Of a stretch of DNA of 64,000 nt, positions 1 through 8,431 are shown piece after piece. The stretch's first letter is position 1; each line of letters begins with the position of its first letter. The notes beneath the pieces were generated by a model. The model was not told the DNA's origin and did not search any database. It was given only the letters and a program-made list of their open reading frames with translations. The stretch spans positions 108,372 through 172,371 of the forward strand of contig JAFAJV010000078.1 in assembly GCA_019235995.1 (NCBI GenBank). The letters are read 5' to 3'. The DNA is from Vulcanimicrobiota bacterium (GTDB lineage: Bacteria > Vulcanimicrobiota > Vulcanimicrobiia > Vulcanimicrobiales > Vulcanimicrobiaceae). Both the position numbers and the translations under genes were made by a program.

Positions 1-1
1 C

Positions 2-1045
2 GGTGGCCGTCAAGATCCGCTCGATTTCGTCGCCTCATCGGTGGGACTCAAGTCCAGCGAGTATACGACCTATAAGTCGAACCGCGAGTCCGGCAGCGTC
101 CAGTGGGGCGAGCCGTTCGAGTTCCCGCAGATCGGCGGCCCCATCGTTATCCCGTTCCGTCCGAGTGACTTCGCGGTTTCGCAGATCAAGCTCTCGACCT
201 GGACGTACTGCGCAATAGCCAACGGCACGGTCAGCGACTGGAACGACGGCGCGATCACCGCCGACAACGGCGGCACATCGGTGACCGGAGGCGTCTCGCA
301 GACCATCAAATTCTTCTTCCGCGGGGACGGCGGCGGAACGACCTACGCATTCGAAAACCACCTGAACACAGTTTGTAACGTGTCCTTCAAGTCGCCCTAT
401 TCCAAGCCGCCGTACGGCGGAAACGGCCGCAGCGCGGCGTGGGCGTTCGGTGTCGGCACCACGTGGGCCGGGCCGGGCTCGTCGGGCGATCCCGACCCCA
501 ACTTCGTCGGGGAGCAGGGCGATCCGGGAATCGTGAACGCCGTTCAAACGACGGCATTCGGCACGGGGTACGTGACGGGCGCCTACGTGCGGGCGGGCAC
601 GAGCCCACGGCTCGCCCAGGCGCTCCTGCAGAACGGTACTAACAGGACCGGCGCTGCCGTGTTCACCGATCCGACCAACAAGAAACAGGTCGTCGCCGCG
701 CTCAAGAGGGTGACGGCGCGCGCGATCACTTACGGCGAGGGCAGCGACGGACAGCCGCTCGGGACGAGCGCGCCATGGTGCGTCCTATACGTCGATCCGA
801 AGAACTTCGTCAATCCGCCCAAGGGCGCGTATCCAATCGTCACGATCAGCTACCTGCTGTTCTACGGGCAGAACAACGGCGTCCACACCGCCGATAAAAA
901 GACGCTCGTCAAGTGGCTCCAGGGCAAGGCTGCCAATACCGTCACCAACCGGCTCGAATATGCGCCGATGTCGTCGGGGATCGAGACCGCCGTCCTGGCG
1001 GCGCTCAACGGCAACGGGGGAAGCGAGCCCGCCTGCTTGCGCTGA
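2..1045 (+). CDS. pstS: Phosphate ABC transporter substrate-binding protein, PstS family (5' end outside window)
   Basis: Frame is open from the window edge. PstS-like motifs: DFVASS..., ISDWNDGAI, FFRGDGGGTTYAF, YPIVTISYLLFY. Confidence 0.75.
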   Translation, partial: GGRQDPLDFVASSVGLKSSEYTTYKSNRESGSVQWGEPFEFPQIGGPIVIPFRPSDFAVSQIKLSTWTYCAIANGTVSDWNDGAITADNGGTSVTGGVSQTIKFFFRGDGGGTTYAFENHLNTVCNVSFKSPYSKPPYGGNGRSAAWAFGVGTTWAGPGSSGDPDPNFVGEQGDPGIVNAVQTTAFGTGYVTGAYVRAGTSPRLAQALLQNGTNRTGAAVFTDPTNKKQVVAALKRVTARAITYGEGSDGQPLGTSAPWCVLYVDPKNFVNPPKGAYPIVTISYLLFYGQNNGVHTADKKTLVKWLQGKAANTVTNRLEYAPMSSGIETAVLAALNGNGGSEPACLR

Positions 1046-1055
1046 CCCAAAAAAG

Positions 1056-1081
1056 GGCTGCCCTGCCCGCAGCCGCTTCTT
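1056..1081 (+). terminator. Possible stem-loop terminator after pstS
   Basis: GGCTGC-cctgccc-GCAGCC hairpin 10 nt after the stop, followed by gcttctt. The T-run is weak. Confidence 0.3.
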
Positions 1082-1155
1082 GGGGCGGGACGTTATAATG
1101 GAGGTAACAGGGGGCTCGCAAGTGGCCCCCTTCCCCATCCACGAGACGGAGCGCG

Positions 1156-1632
1156 ATGCGGATCAAGTACGAGGTTTCGGCGGGCGGATTGCTGTTGCGC
1201 CGCCGTGATTCGACCTACGATGCGCTTTTGATCGGCCGCGGCGCGCCGCCGCGCATCTGGACGCTGCCGAAGGGTCACGTCGAGCACCGGGAGTCGACCG
1301 AGCAAGCGGCGCTTCGCGAGGTTCACGAGGAGACCGGTTGCTGGGGAGAGATCGTCACGCAGCTCAGCGAGATCGCCTACTGGTTCTACGTGGGCAAGGC
1401 CAAGCATCGGAAGTCCGTCACGTTCTTCTTGATGCGCTACCTCTCGGGAGATCCGGCGAATCACGATCACGAGGTCGACGACGCTCGCTGGTTCGACGTG
1501 GCGCATGCCCGCAAGACACTGAAGTACGTCAATGAGAAACGCTTGATCGATCTGGCTATGGAATTCTTGGCGGCGAACCCCGCGGCGCTCGGAGAGCCCG
1601 CGGTCGCCGCGCAAACGTCGCTGTCCTCGTAG
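1156..1632 (+). CDS. NUDIX hydrolase
   Basis: NUDIX box: LPKGHVEHRESTEQAALREVHEETG. Confidence 0.85.
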   Translation: MRIKYEVSAGGLLLRRRDSTYDALLIGRGAPPRIWTLPKGHVEHRESTEQAALREVHEETGCWGEIVTQLSEIAYWFYVGKAKHRKSVTFFLMRYLSGDPANHDHEVDDARWFDVAHARKTLKYVNEKRLIDLAMEFLAANPAALGEPAVAAQTSLSS

Positions 1633-1634
1633 CG

Positions 1635-2378
1635 TTGTCGAGCGAAACGGTCAACGACGCCGCGTTTTGCGTGCGGCTCGACGCGTTCGACGGGCCGCTG
1701 GATCTGCTGCTGAGTCTCATCAAGGAGCAGCAGCTCGACGTCGCCACCGTCCCGCTTGCCGTCGTGGCCGAGCAGTATCTCGCCTACGTGCGGACGATGC
1801 AGGCGCTCGATGTCGAGGTCGCCGCCGAGTATCTCGTGATCGCGGCGACGCTCGTCTTCCTAAAGTCGAAGGCGCTGCTGCCGCCGATTCCGGAGGAATT
1901 CGCCGAAGAGCCCGGCGAGACGCCGGAAGAGGTCGAGGAACGGCTGCGCCGTCGCCTGATCGCGTACTCGAAGTATCGGGATTTCGGCGAGGAGCTACGC
2001 GACCGCCAGGAAGAGGCCGCATCGTTCTTCTATCGCGAGTCGGGCGATCCGGCCGGCGAAGTGGTTCAGCGCTACGATATCAATCCCGAGAAACTCAAGC
2101 GGGCCTTCATCACGATGCTGAGCCAGGCGCGCCCCGAGAAGCGTTCGATCGCGCGCGAGCGAATTTCGCTGATCGCATCGATGGATTACATCATGCGCCG
2201 AATCAAAGACGCCGGCGAGGTGTACTTCTCGCAGCTGTGCAACGAACTGGGAATGACGCGCGACGTCGTGATCGTCACCTTCCTCGCGATCCTCGAACTG
2301 ATTCGCCGCCGCCGCATCCGTTTCGAGCAGCCCGTTGCCTTCGATGACATCCGCCTCTGGGCGAAGGCGGCGGCGTGA
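1635..2378 (+). CDS. scpA: Segregation and condensation protein A
   Basis: N-terminal FDGPLDLLLSLIKEQQLDV motif. TTG start. Overlaps the scpB start. Confidence 0.9.
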   Translation: MSSETVNDAAFCVRLDAFDGPLDLLLSLIKEQQLDVATVPLAVVAEQYLAYVRTMQALDVEVAAEYLVIAATLVFLKSKALLPPIPEEFAEEPGETPEEVEERLRRRLIAYSKYRDFGEELRDRQEEAASFFYRESGDPAGEVVQRYDINPEKLKRAFITMLSQARPEKRSIARERISLIASMDYIMRRIKDAGEVYFSQLCNELGMTRDVVIVTFLAILELIRRRRIRFEQPVAFDDIRLWAKAAA

Positions 2379-2941
2379 CCGCCGAGCTCGATGAGGCGAT
2401 CGCGCGCCTGCAGCGTCCGGTGGAGGCGCTCCTCTTCGTCGCGAGCGAGGCGCTCTCGATCCGCGAGTTGGCGAAGCTTCTCCGCGCCGAAGAGCACGAG
2501 ATCGCGGCGGTACTGCAGCGCATCGAGGCCGAGTACGCGGACCGGGGTGTCGTGCTGCGCGAGATCGCCGGCGGCTACCGTTTCGCATCGTCGCCCCTCG
2601 CGCGTGATGCCGTCGAGGCGTACCTGCTGCCGCCGAAAACGAGCCTCTCGACGCCTGCGCTGGAGGCGCTCGCGATCGTGGCACACCTCCAGCCGGTCAC
2701 CCGCAGCGAGATCGAGGCCATTCGCGGCGTCAACTCCGACAGCGTCGTGAACACGCTGCTCGACCGCGGGTTGATCGGCGAGGCCGGCCGCAAAGACGTG
2801 GTAGGACGGCCGATGCTGTACGTGACGACGCCGTTCTTCCTCGAATCCTTCGGCCTCCGCTCGCTCGACGATCTCCCGACGCTCGAGCTGGAACCGGGCC
2901 AGGCCCTCGAGTTCGATCTCGAAGCAGCGAAAGTTTCCTAG
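2375..2941 (+). CDS. scpB: Segregation and condensation protein B
   Basis: PVEALLFVASEALSIRELAKLL and GRPMLY motifs. GTGA start/stop overlap with scpA. Confidence 0.9.
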   Translation: MTAELDEAIARLQRPVEALLFVASEALSIRELAKLLRAEEHEIAAVLQRIEAEYADRGVVLREIAGGYRFASSPLARDAVEAYLLPPKTSLSTPALEALAIVAHLQPVTRSEIEAIRGVNSDSVVNTLLDRGLIGEAGRKDVVGRPMLYVTTPFFLESFGLRSLDDLPTLELEPGQALEFDLEAAKVS

Positions 2942-2949
2942 GGCATTCG

Positions 2950-3792
2950 ATGCGGATAGGGCTGCACGTGCACGTCGCGGGCGGCTATGTAAGGGCCGTC
3001 GAGCACGCAAAGGCGGCAGGGTGCTCCGCGATGCAGGTGTTCTCGTCGAATCCGCGCAGCTATCGCCCCGCGGCGATGGATCGAGCCGCGCTGGAATCCT
3101 TCGCGCAGTTGCGGCGCGACGCCGGGATCGAGCCCTGCGCGATTCACACGCCCTACCTGATCAACCTCGCGAGCGCGGATCCGAAGATCGCGCAAGGCTC
3201 GCTGCGCCTGCTGCAGCACGATCTTGCCGTAGCGGCGCTCGGCCGGATGCGCTTCGTCAACACCCACCTCGGCTCGTATGGCGGGCGCGATCGCGCCGAA
3301 GCGTTCGGCGCGACGTGCCGCGCGCTGGAGACCGCGCTGGGTGCGATCGAACCGGGCGTGTTCCTCGTGCTCGAAAACTCGGCTGGCGCGGGTCAGCTCA
3401 TGGGCGGGACGCTCGAAGAGCTCGGGGCGTTCTCGCGCAGCTTGCCGCATCCGCAGCTGGGATTCTGCATCGACACGGCCCACGCGTGGGCATCGGGCTA
3501 CGAGCTCAACTCGGGTGCCGGCGTCGATCGTTTCGTCGATGAGGCGGAGCGCCGGATCGGCGTCGAGCGCATCATGCTGTTTCACTTCAACGACACGCAG
3601 GTGCCGCTCGGCGCCGGCCGCGACCGGCACTGGCACATCGGCGAGGGCAACATCGGGTTCGAAGGCTTCCGGGCGATCCTCGCTCATCCCGAGCTGCGCG
3701 CGAAAACGGCGATCTTGGAGACGCCGGGTACGGACGAGGACGACCTGCGCAACATGCAGACCATCCTCGCAATTCAAAAGGGAGCCGCTTGA
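2950..3792 (+). CDS. nfo: Endonuclease IV (AP endonuclease family 2)
   Basis: MRIGLHV..., HLGSY, LENSAG, CIDTAHAWASGY and FHFND metal-ligand pattern. Confidence 0.9.
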   Translation: MRIGLHVHVAGGYVRAVEHAKAAGCSAMQVFSSNPRSYRPAAMDRAALESFAQLRRDAGIEPCAIHTPYLINLASADPKIAQGSLRLLQHDLAVAALGRMRFVNTHLGSYGGRDRAEAFGATCRALETALGAIEPGVFLVLENSAGAGQLMGGTLEELGAFSRSLPHPQLGFCIDTAHAWASGYELNSGAGVDRFVDEAERRIGVERIMLFHFNDTQVPLGAGRDRHWHIGEGNIGFEGFRAILAHPELRAKTAILETPGTDEDDLRNMQTILAIQKGAA

Positions 3793-3805
3793 GCTCCCTT
3801 TCTTG

Positions 3806-3943
3806 CTACATCACCCGCAGGTGCGGGAGGCGCAGGTTGGACTCTACGAAGAGTGCGGAATCAGCCCGGTTGATCCTCAGGCGAAGATCGACGTCGCTGA
3901 TGTCCGAGACGAACGGGGCGGTACGAATGGGATCGCGGAACAT
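3806..3943 (-). CDS. Small hypothetical protein (45 aa)
   Basis: ATG preceded by AAGAGG with a 6-nt spacer. Third codon positions are mostly G/C. Lies downstream of a perfect consensus promoter. I recognise no homology. Confidence 0.4.
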   Translation of the reverse strand: MFRDPIRTAPFVSDISDVDLRLRINRADSALFVESNLRLPHLRVM

Positions 3944-3953
3944 TGTGAACCTC

Positions 3954-3982
3954 TTGACGAACGGGTAACCTTCAATCATTAT
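3954..3982 (+). promoter_or_regulatory. Candidate plus-strand promoter TTGACG-N17-CATTAT for the CGNR-dinB operon
   Basis: TTGACG at 3954-3959 and CATTAT at 3977-3982. Its -10 overlaps the -10 of the minus-strand promoter. Confidence 0.35.
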
Positions 3983-4006
3983 ATAGTGGTGACAGTAACT
4001 TGTCAA
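3978..4006 (-). promoter_or_regulatory. Sigma-70 type promoter, perfect consensus TTGACA-N17-TATAAT (minus strand)
   Basis: On the plus strand, tgtcaa at 4001-4006 and attata at 3978-3983, with a 17-nt spacer. Confidence 0.55.
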
Positions 4007-4044
4007 TCGGTTTTGGCGGTGAAAGCGCCGACCGGTCGGACCCC

Positions 4045-4581
4045 GTGAGCGCGGCCGCCGATCTGGCGCCGGGCGGCCTCGAGCTCGTCCGCCGGTTCGT
4101 CAACACGGTCGAGCTGCCAAGCGGGCCCGACGAGCTGGATTCGCTCGAGGGGGCGCGCGCGTGGTGCCTGAGCTACGGGCTAGCCCCGGCGAAGGATGCG
4201 GCACACCTCCAGCTGTTGCGGGGCTTCCGCGAAACACTCCGCGACCTGCTCTTCGCCAACAACGGCGAGGGCGATGCGTCCGATGCCTGGGAGCGCCTGC
4301 GGCCCTTCCTGGCGAGCACGCGTCTGAGCCTCGCCGTCGATCCCCAGCGTGGCCTCGAGCTGTCTCCCGAGGACAAGGGGCCGATCGCCTCGCTGCTGGC
4401 GACCGTCTACGAATCGCAGCTGTTGGGCACGTGGAATCGCCTGCGCGCGTGTCGCAAGTCGAGCTGCCGTTTTGCGTATTACGACCGCACGAAGAACGCG
4501 TCGCGCGCCTGGTGCAGCATGGCGACGTGCGGCAATCAAGCCAAGGCGCAGCGGCGCCGCGAGCGTGAACGCCAGAGATAA
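4045..4581 (+). CDS. CGNR zinc-finger (ABATE-domain) protein
   Basis: C-terminal CRKSSCRFAYYDRTKNASRAWCSMATCGNQAK motif; N-terminal LELVRRFVNT. Start is uncertain (GTG 4045 or TTG 4000). Confidence 0.8.
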   Translation: MSAAADLAPGGLELVRRFVNTVELPSGPDELDSLEGARAWCLSYGLAPAKDAAHLQLLRGFRETLRDLLFANNGEGDASDAWERLRPFLASTRLSLAVDPQRGLELSPEDKGPIASLLATVYESQLLGTWNRLRACRKSSCRFAYYDRTKNASRAWCSMATCGNQAKAQRRRERERQR

Positions 4582-5623
4582 ATTCGTCGCGCACTTCGAC
4601 GTGGACGCGTTTTACGCGAGCGTCGCGGTGCGCGACCACCCGGAGTTGCGCGGCAAACCCGTCGCGGTCGCAGGCAGCAGCCGGCGCGCCGTGGTTCTGA
4701 CGGCCTCGTACGAGGCGCGTCCCTACGGCGTGCGCTCCGCGGTTCCGCTGTACAAGGCGCGCATGGCCTGCCCCGACCTGATCGTCGTTCCGCCCGACAT
4801 GCAGAAGTATCGCGCGATCTCGCGCGAGATCTTCGAGATCTTCGAGCGTGACGGGCGAACCGTCGAAGGCATGTCGATGGACGAGGCCTTCGTTGCCGTC
4901 GAGGCCGCGACGCTGGACGAAGCGCGCGAGAGCGCGGCGCAGATTCGCCGCGAGATCTTCGCGTGCACGCGGCTCACGGTCAGCGCCGGGGTCGCGAGCG
5001 GAAAGATGATCGCCAAGATCGCATCCGACTCGTGCAAGCCGGACGGCCTGCTCGCGATCGCGCCGGGCGACGAGGCCGCGTTCCTCGCGCCGCTGCCCGT
5101 CGGAAGACTCTGGGGGATCGGTCCGAAGATGCAGGCGCGCCTCGCAGTCTTCGGGATCGCGACGATCGGCGAGCTCGCCGCCCTCGACGACGCGCGCATG
5201 CGCGAGCTGTTCGGCTCGTGGTGGCGCGAGGCGCGCGAGCTCGCCCATGGCATCGACCGGCGTCCGGTCGAGGCGGAGCGCGAGACGAAATCGATCTCGA
5301 CTGAGGAGACGTTTGAGTACGACGTGAGCGACGAACGTCAACTCGTCGGCGTGCTGCGCGCACAGGCGCTGGAGTTGGCCGAGGCGCTCGAGCGCGCGCA
5401 CACCGTCTGCGCGACCGTCGGGGTCAAGGTCCGGCGCGCGGACTTTACGGTCGTCGGCCGCCAGGCGCACCTGAGCGAGCCGACGCGCGAGGCGCGCCGC
5501 ATCTTCCGCACCGCGGTGCATTGTCTGCGCCGCGTCGAGCTGCAGGGTGCTCCGGTGCGTCTGCTCGGGACGCGCGTCGCCTCGCTCGTGGAAGGCGACG
5601 CGCGCCAGACGAGCCTCTTTTAG
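4565..5623 (+). CDS. dinB: DNA polymerase IV (Y-family)
   Basis: HFDVDAFYASVAVRD, MSMDEAF and ASGKMIAKIASD motifs. GTG start chosen a few residues before the conserved N-terminus. The longer ORF from 4349 is an upstream extension inside the CGNR gene. Confidence 0.9.
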   Translation: MNARDKFVAHFDVDAFYASVAVRDHPELRGKPVAVAGSSRRAVVLTASYEARPYGVRSAVPLYKARMACPDLIVVPPDMQKYRAISREIFEIFERDGRTVEGMSMDEAFVAVEAATLDEARESAAQIRREIFACTRLTVSAGVASGKMIAKIASDSCKPDGLLAIAPGDEAAFLAPLPVGRLWGIGPKMQARLAVFGIATIGELAALDDARMRELFGSWWREARELAHGIDRRPVEAERETKSISTEETFEYDVSDERQLVGVLRAQALELAEALERAHTVCATVGVKVRRADFTVVGRQAHLSEPTREARRIFRTAVHCLRRVELQGAPVRLLGTRVASLVEGDARQTSLF

Positions 5624-5625
5624 AA

Positions 5626-7248
5626 ATGGAACGCGCCGTGGAGTATGGGCCGGTGCCGTTGCTGCTCGGCGTCGTAGGCCATCGCCGCCTGCCTGAGCCC
5701 GCCGACGATCTGCGTCGCGTCGTGCGCGGGCTGCTCGATGGTTTTCGCTCGCGCTATCCATCGACGCCGATCGCGGTGCTGTCGTCGCTCGCGGAAGGCG
5801 CCGATCGGCTCGTGGCGAGCGAGGCGCTCGACGCGGGCTTCTCGCTCGTGGTGCCGCTGCCGATGCGACGCGAAGAATACGAAAGAGACTTCGTCACGCC
5901 GGAGTCGCTCGCGGAGTTCCGCAGCCTGCTCGACCGCGCCGTCGCGGCGTTCGTCGTGCCCGCCGAGGCGCACGAGATTCGCGCCGACCGGCGCATGCTC
6001 TACGCGAATTGCGGCGCGTATATCGCTCGGCGCTCCTTCGAGCTGATCGCGCTCTGGGACGGAAAGGAGTCATCGAAAGTCGGCGGCACGGCGGAGACCG
6101 TCAGGTTCCGCCTCGAGGGGATTCCGCCGCCGTTCGTGCCCGAGGAGCGTGCGTACGACCCGTCGCTGTGCGGGCCGGTCATCGCGGTGCTAACGCCGCG
6201 GGGACCGGCGGCAACCGCCAGCGCGCCGCATCCGGTGACCGTGTTATACCCCCGGTCGGCGCTCCTCGATCCGGCGACCGCATTCGAGCGCGCGAAGTAC
6301 GATCTCGACACCTTCAATCGCGACGCGACGCGCGGGCCGTTCGCGAGCCGCGTCCGCGGGCTCACGCTACGGCGGCAGACCGAGGGCCTCGCCAACGGCT
6401 ATCAGCGCCTCACGGCTCGCTCGCTGTTCGCGATCTCCGGACTGGTCTTCATGGCGGTCGTCGCGTTCAACGCTTACACGATCTTCCCGAGCCATCCGGT
6501 CGCGCTGCTCGCAGCGTATGCGTTCTTCACCGCGGCGGCGTTCGTGGCATATCTGTTCGCGCGCCGCGGCGAGTGGCAGCTGCGCTATCAAGACTATCGC
6601 GCGCTCGAGCAGACGCTGCGCACGTGGGAATACTGGCGCCTCGCAGGCATCGAGCGCTCCGTGGCGGCACGCTTTGCAGAGACGGAGCGCACGAAGGTCG
6701 ACTGGGTGGCCGTTGCGCTCAAAGCCGTCACGGAGCCGTTCGAGCCGGACGCCCCCTCGGCGCACCGCGCCTCTGCGGAGGACCTCAAGGCGGTCTACCA
6801 GGACTGGATCGTCGACCAGCAGCGGTACTTCACGCGAGTTGCCGGGCGCCGCGAACGGCGGCGCGAGCGCATCGCATCGCGAGTGGTGACGACGTGCGTC
6901 GCGCTCTCGATCGCGTTTACCATCGCGTCCTCGTGGCGTTTCTTCGGTGGGGTTGCCAACGCGGTGCTGTTCGGAGCGACCCTGTTCGCCGTCGCGGCGG
7001 CGCTCGTGCACAACTTCGGCGACAAGCGCGGCTGGAGCGAGCACGCGCGGCACTACGAGCTCATGGCCGCTCTGTTCGGCTACGCCGCGAATCGCATCGC
7101 GCCGCTGTTGGAGAACCCCGGGCTCGAGCCGGCAGACGCCGCAAAAGCACGGGCGATCCTCATTTCGCTGGGCGACGAAGCGATCCGCGAAGACGTCGCA
7201 TGGCTGAACCTGCACCGCTCGCGCCCCGTGAACGTGCCGCGCGTGTGA
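5626..7248 (+). CDS. SLOG-like nucleotide-binding domain fused to four TM helices (two SLATT-like 2TM modules)
   Basis: ATG lies 2 nt after the dinB stop. N-terminus: GVVGHRRL, LSSLAEGADRLVASEAL, LVVPLP, LWDGKESSKVGGTAETV. C-terminus: TM pairs SLFAISGLVFMAVVAF/VALLAAYAFFTAAAFVAYLF and VVTTCVALSIAFTIASSW/AVLFGATLFAVAAALV. Each pair is followed by an R/Y/W-rich helix. Confidence 0.7.
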   Translation: MERAVEYGPVPLLLGVVGHRRLPEPADDLRRVVRGLLDGFRSRYPSTPIAVLSSLAEGADRLVASEALDAGFSLVVPLPMRREEYERDFVTPESLAEFRSLLDRAVAAFVVPAEAHEIRADRRMLYANCGAYIARRSFELIALWDGKESSKVGGTAETVRFRLEGIPPPFVPEERAYDPSLCGPVIAVLTPRGPAATASAPHPVTVLYPRSALLDPATAFERAKYDLDTFNRDATRGPFASRVRGLTLRRQTEGLANGYQRLTARSLFAISGLVFMAVVAFNAYTIFPSHPVALLAAYAFFTAAAFVAYLFARRGEWQLRYQDYRALEQTLRTWEYWRLAGIERSVAARFAETERTKVDWVAVALKAVTEPFEPDAPSAHRASAEDLKAVYQDWIVDQQRYFTRVAGRRERRRERIASRVVTTCVALSIAFTIASSWRFFGGVANAVLFGATLFAVAAALVHNFGDKRGWSEHARHYELMAALFGYAANRIAPLLENPGLEPADAAKARAILISLGDEAIREDVAWLNLHRSRPVNVPRV

Positions 7249-7251
7249 TGC

Positions 7252-8379
7252 TCAGCGTTCGAGCACCCGTACTTCATTGTCGTTGTCGTCGTTGAAGTAG
7301 ACTTTCGTATCGGCGGCGCTCGTGCCGGTGGCGACGATGCCGAACAGCGCTCCGGCGGTCCCCGTGTCGACGTTGCGTACGTCGAGCACCTTGCCCGCCG
7401 CAGACAGCTCGATCAGCAGATTCTTCCCGTTGGGATCGAGCGTGTTGCCGACGACGAGGTTGCCGTTGGGGAGCAATGCGGTGCTGATGGGCCCGTTGAG
7501 CGGACTGCCCGCGAGGACGACCCGCGCGTCCTTGGCCGACGGTCCGCCGAACTTCATGCCGTCGCCTCTGGCGGTAACACCGCCCGCGGGGATCTTCGTC
7601 ACGTCCTTGAACGCGACGACCGTGTTGTTCTGGCCGTCCGCGAAGTAGAGCGTGTCGAGGTTGGGGTCGTAGGCGAGTCCGGACGGCGCCAGAGCGGTTC
7701 CAGGCTTGCCGTGGTTCACCGGAAACCCGGTGGCGATCACGTCGTACGTGAATTTCGACCCGAGATTGATGCGCACGATGGTGCCCGTGCGTGCGTTCGT
7801 CTCGTAGAATGCCGGCGGGCCCTTCTTGGGCGCTGCGAAAATCTGTCCCCACGGCTGAGCGAATGGTTTGCCGGATATGTTGGTGACGAGCTTGCCGTTG
7901 ACGTCGAGCACCGGATTGTCGTCGGCGACCATCGAGGCCGCCCAAATGGTGTCGTCGCTGCCGAGCGCGAGCGCGTCGCACCCGAAGAGCGTTTTGTCCG
8001 AGCTGACGTGCAGCGGCTTCGATCCCGGTGCCGGATGGAGCGCCACGATCGAGCGGCCCGTTCCCTGGACGTTGGATTTCGCGTTGAAGTTGCAAACGAC
8101 GAGATCGCCGGCGGTGAACTTGCCGGCGGTGACCGGCGCGACGGTCAGCCCGTAGGGATTCTGAGCGCCGTTTGCCGGATCGACCGTGGAACCAATGACT
8201 TCTTGTTTGCGCAGCTGCTTCAGGATTGAAACGCCGCCCGCGCCGGCGTCCGCCGGCACGGCGCGCGACATCGCCTGCGGCAATGCCGCGGACGTTCCGC
8301 CGCCGGGACTGCAGCCGCTCGCGACCAACGTCGCGCCAAGCGCCGTGACGAATACATGCGTAGCTTTCATTCGACGCAC
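7252..8379 (-). CDS. Secreted lipoprotein, beta-propeller-like repeats
   Basis: Lipobox LVASGC. Repetitive G/N/D-rich beta-strand pattern. Start is either GTG 8379 or ATG 8370. Confidence 0.65.
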   Translation of the reverse strand: MRRMKATHVFVTALGATLVASGCSPGGGTSAALPQAMSRAVPADAGAGGVSILKQLRKQEVIGSTVDPANGAQNPYGLTVAPVTAGKFTAGDLVVCNFNAKSNVQGTGRSIVALHPAPGSKPLHVSSDKTLFGCDALALGSDDTIWAASMVADDNPVLDVNGKLVTNISGKPFAQPWGQIFAAPKKGPPAFYETNARTGTIVRINLGSKFTYDVIATGFPVNHGKPGTALAPSGLAYDPNLDTLYFADGQNNTVVAFKDVTKIPAGGVTARGDGMKFGGPSAKDARVVLAGSPLNGPISTALLPNGNLVVGNTLDPNGKNLLIELSAAGKVLDVRNVDTGTAGALFGIVATGTSAADTKVYFNDDNDNEVRVLER

Positions 8380-8431
8380 GTTAACGGCGCAATGTAAAAA
8401 AACTCTGAACTTTACAATTCTGAATTTTGTT

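Noticed and set aside
1094-1099. TATAAT hexamer upstream of the NUDIX gene
   Set aside because: I found no acceptable -35 element at 16-18 nt spacing. A single hexamer is too weak to call a promoter.
1156-1632. NUDIX hydrolase as signal-degrading partner of the SLOG/4TM gene
   Set aside because: It lies about 4 kb away, separated by scpAB, nfo and a divergent promoter region. Nothing supports a functional link.
4100-5761. 553-aa minus-strand ORF
   Set aside because: It is antisense to dinB and the CGNR gene. It is Arg/Ala/Pro-rich low-complexity sequence typical of shadow ORFs in GC-rich DNA, with no recognisable motifs. dinB on the plus strand has clear family motifs.
8395-8431. AT-rich spacer with short inverted repeats (ctgaa..ttcag) between the GNAT gene end and the lipoprotein gene start
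   Set aside because: It is probably just a terminator/promoter spacer. The stems are only 5 bp and the -35/-10 candidates (TTGTAA / TACATT, 15-nt spacing) are weak.
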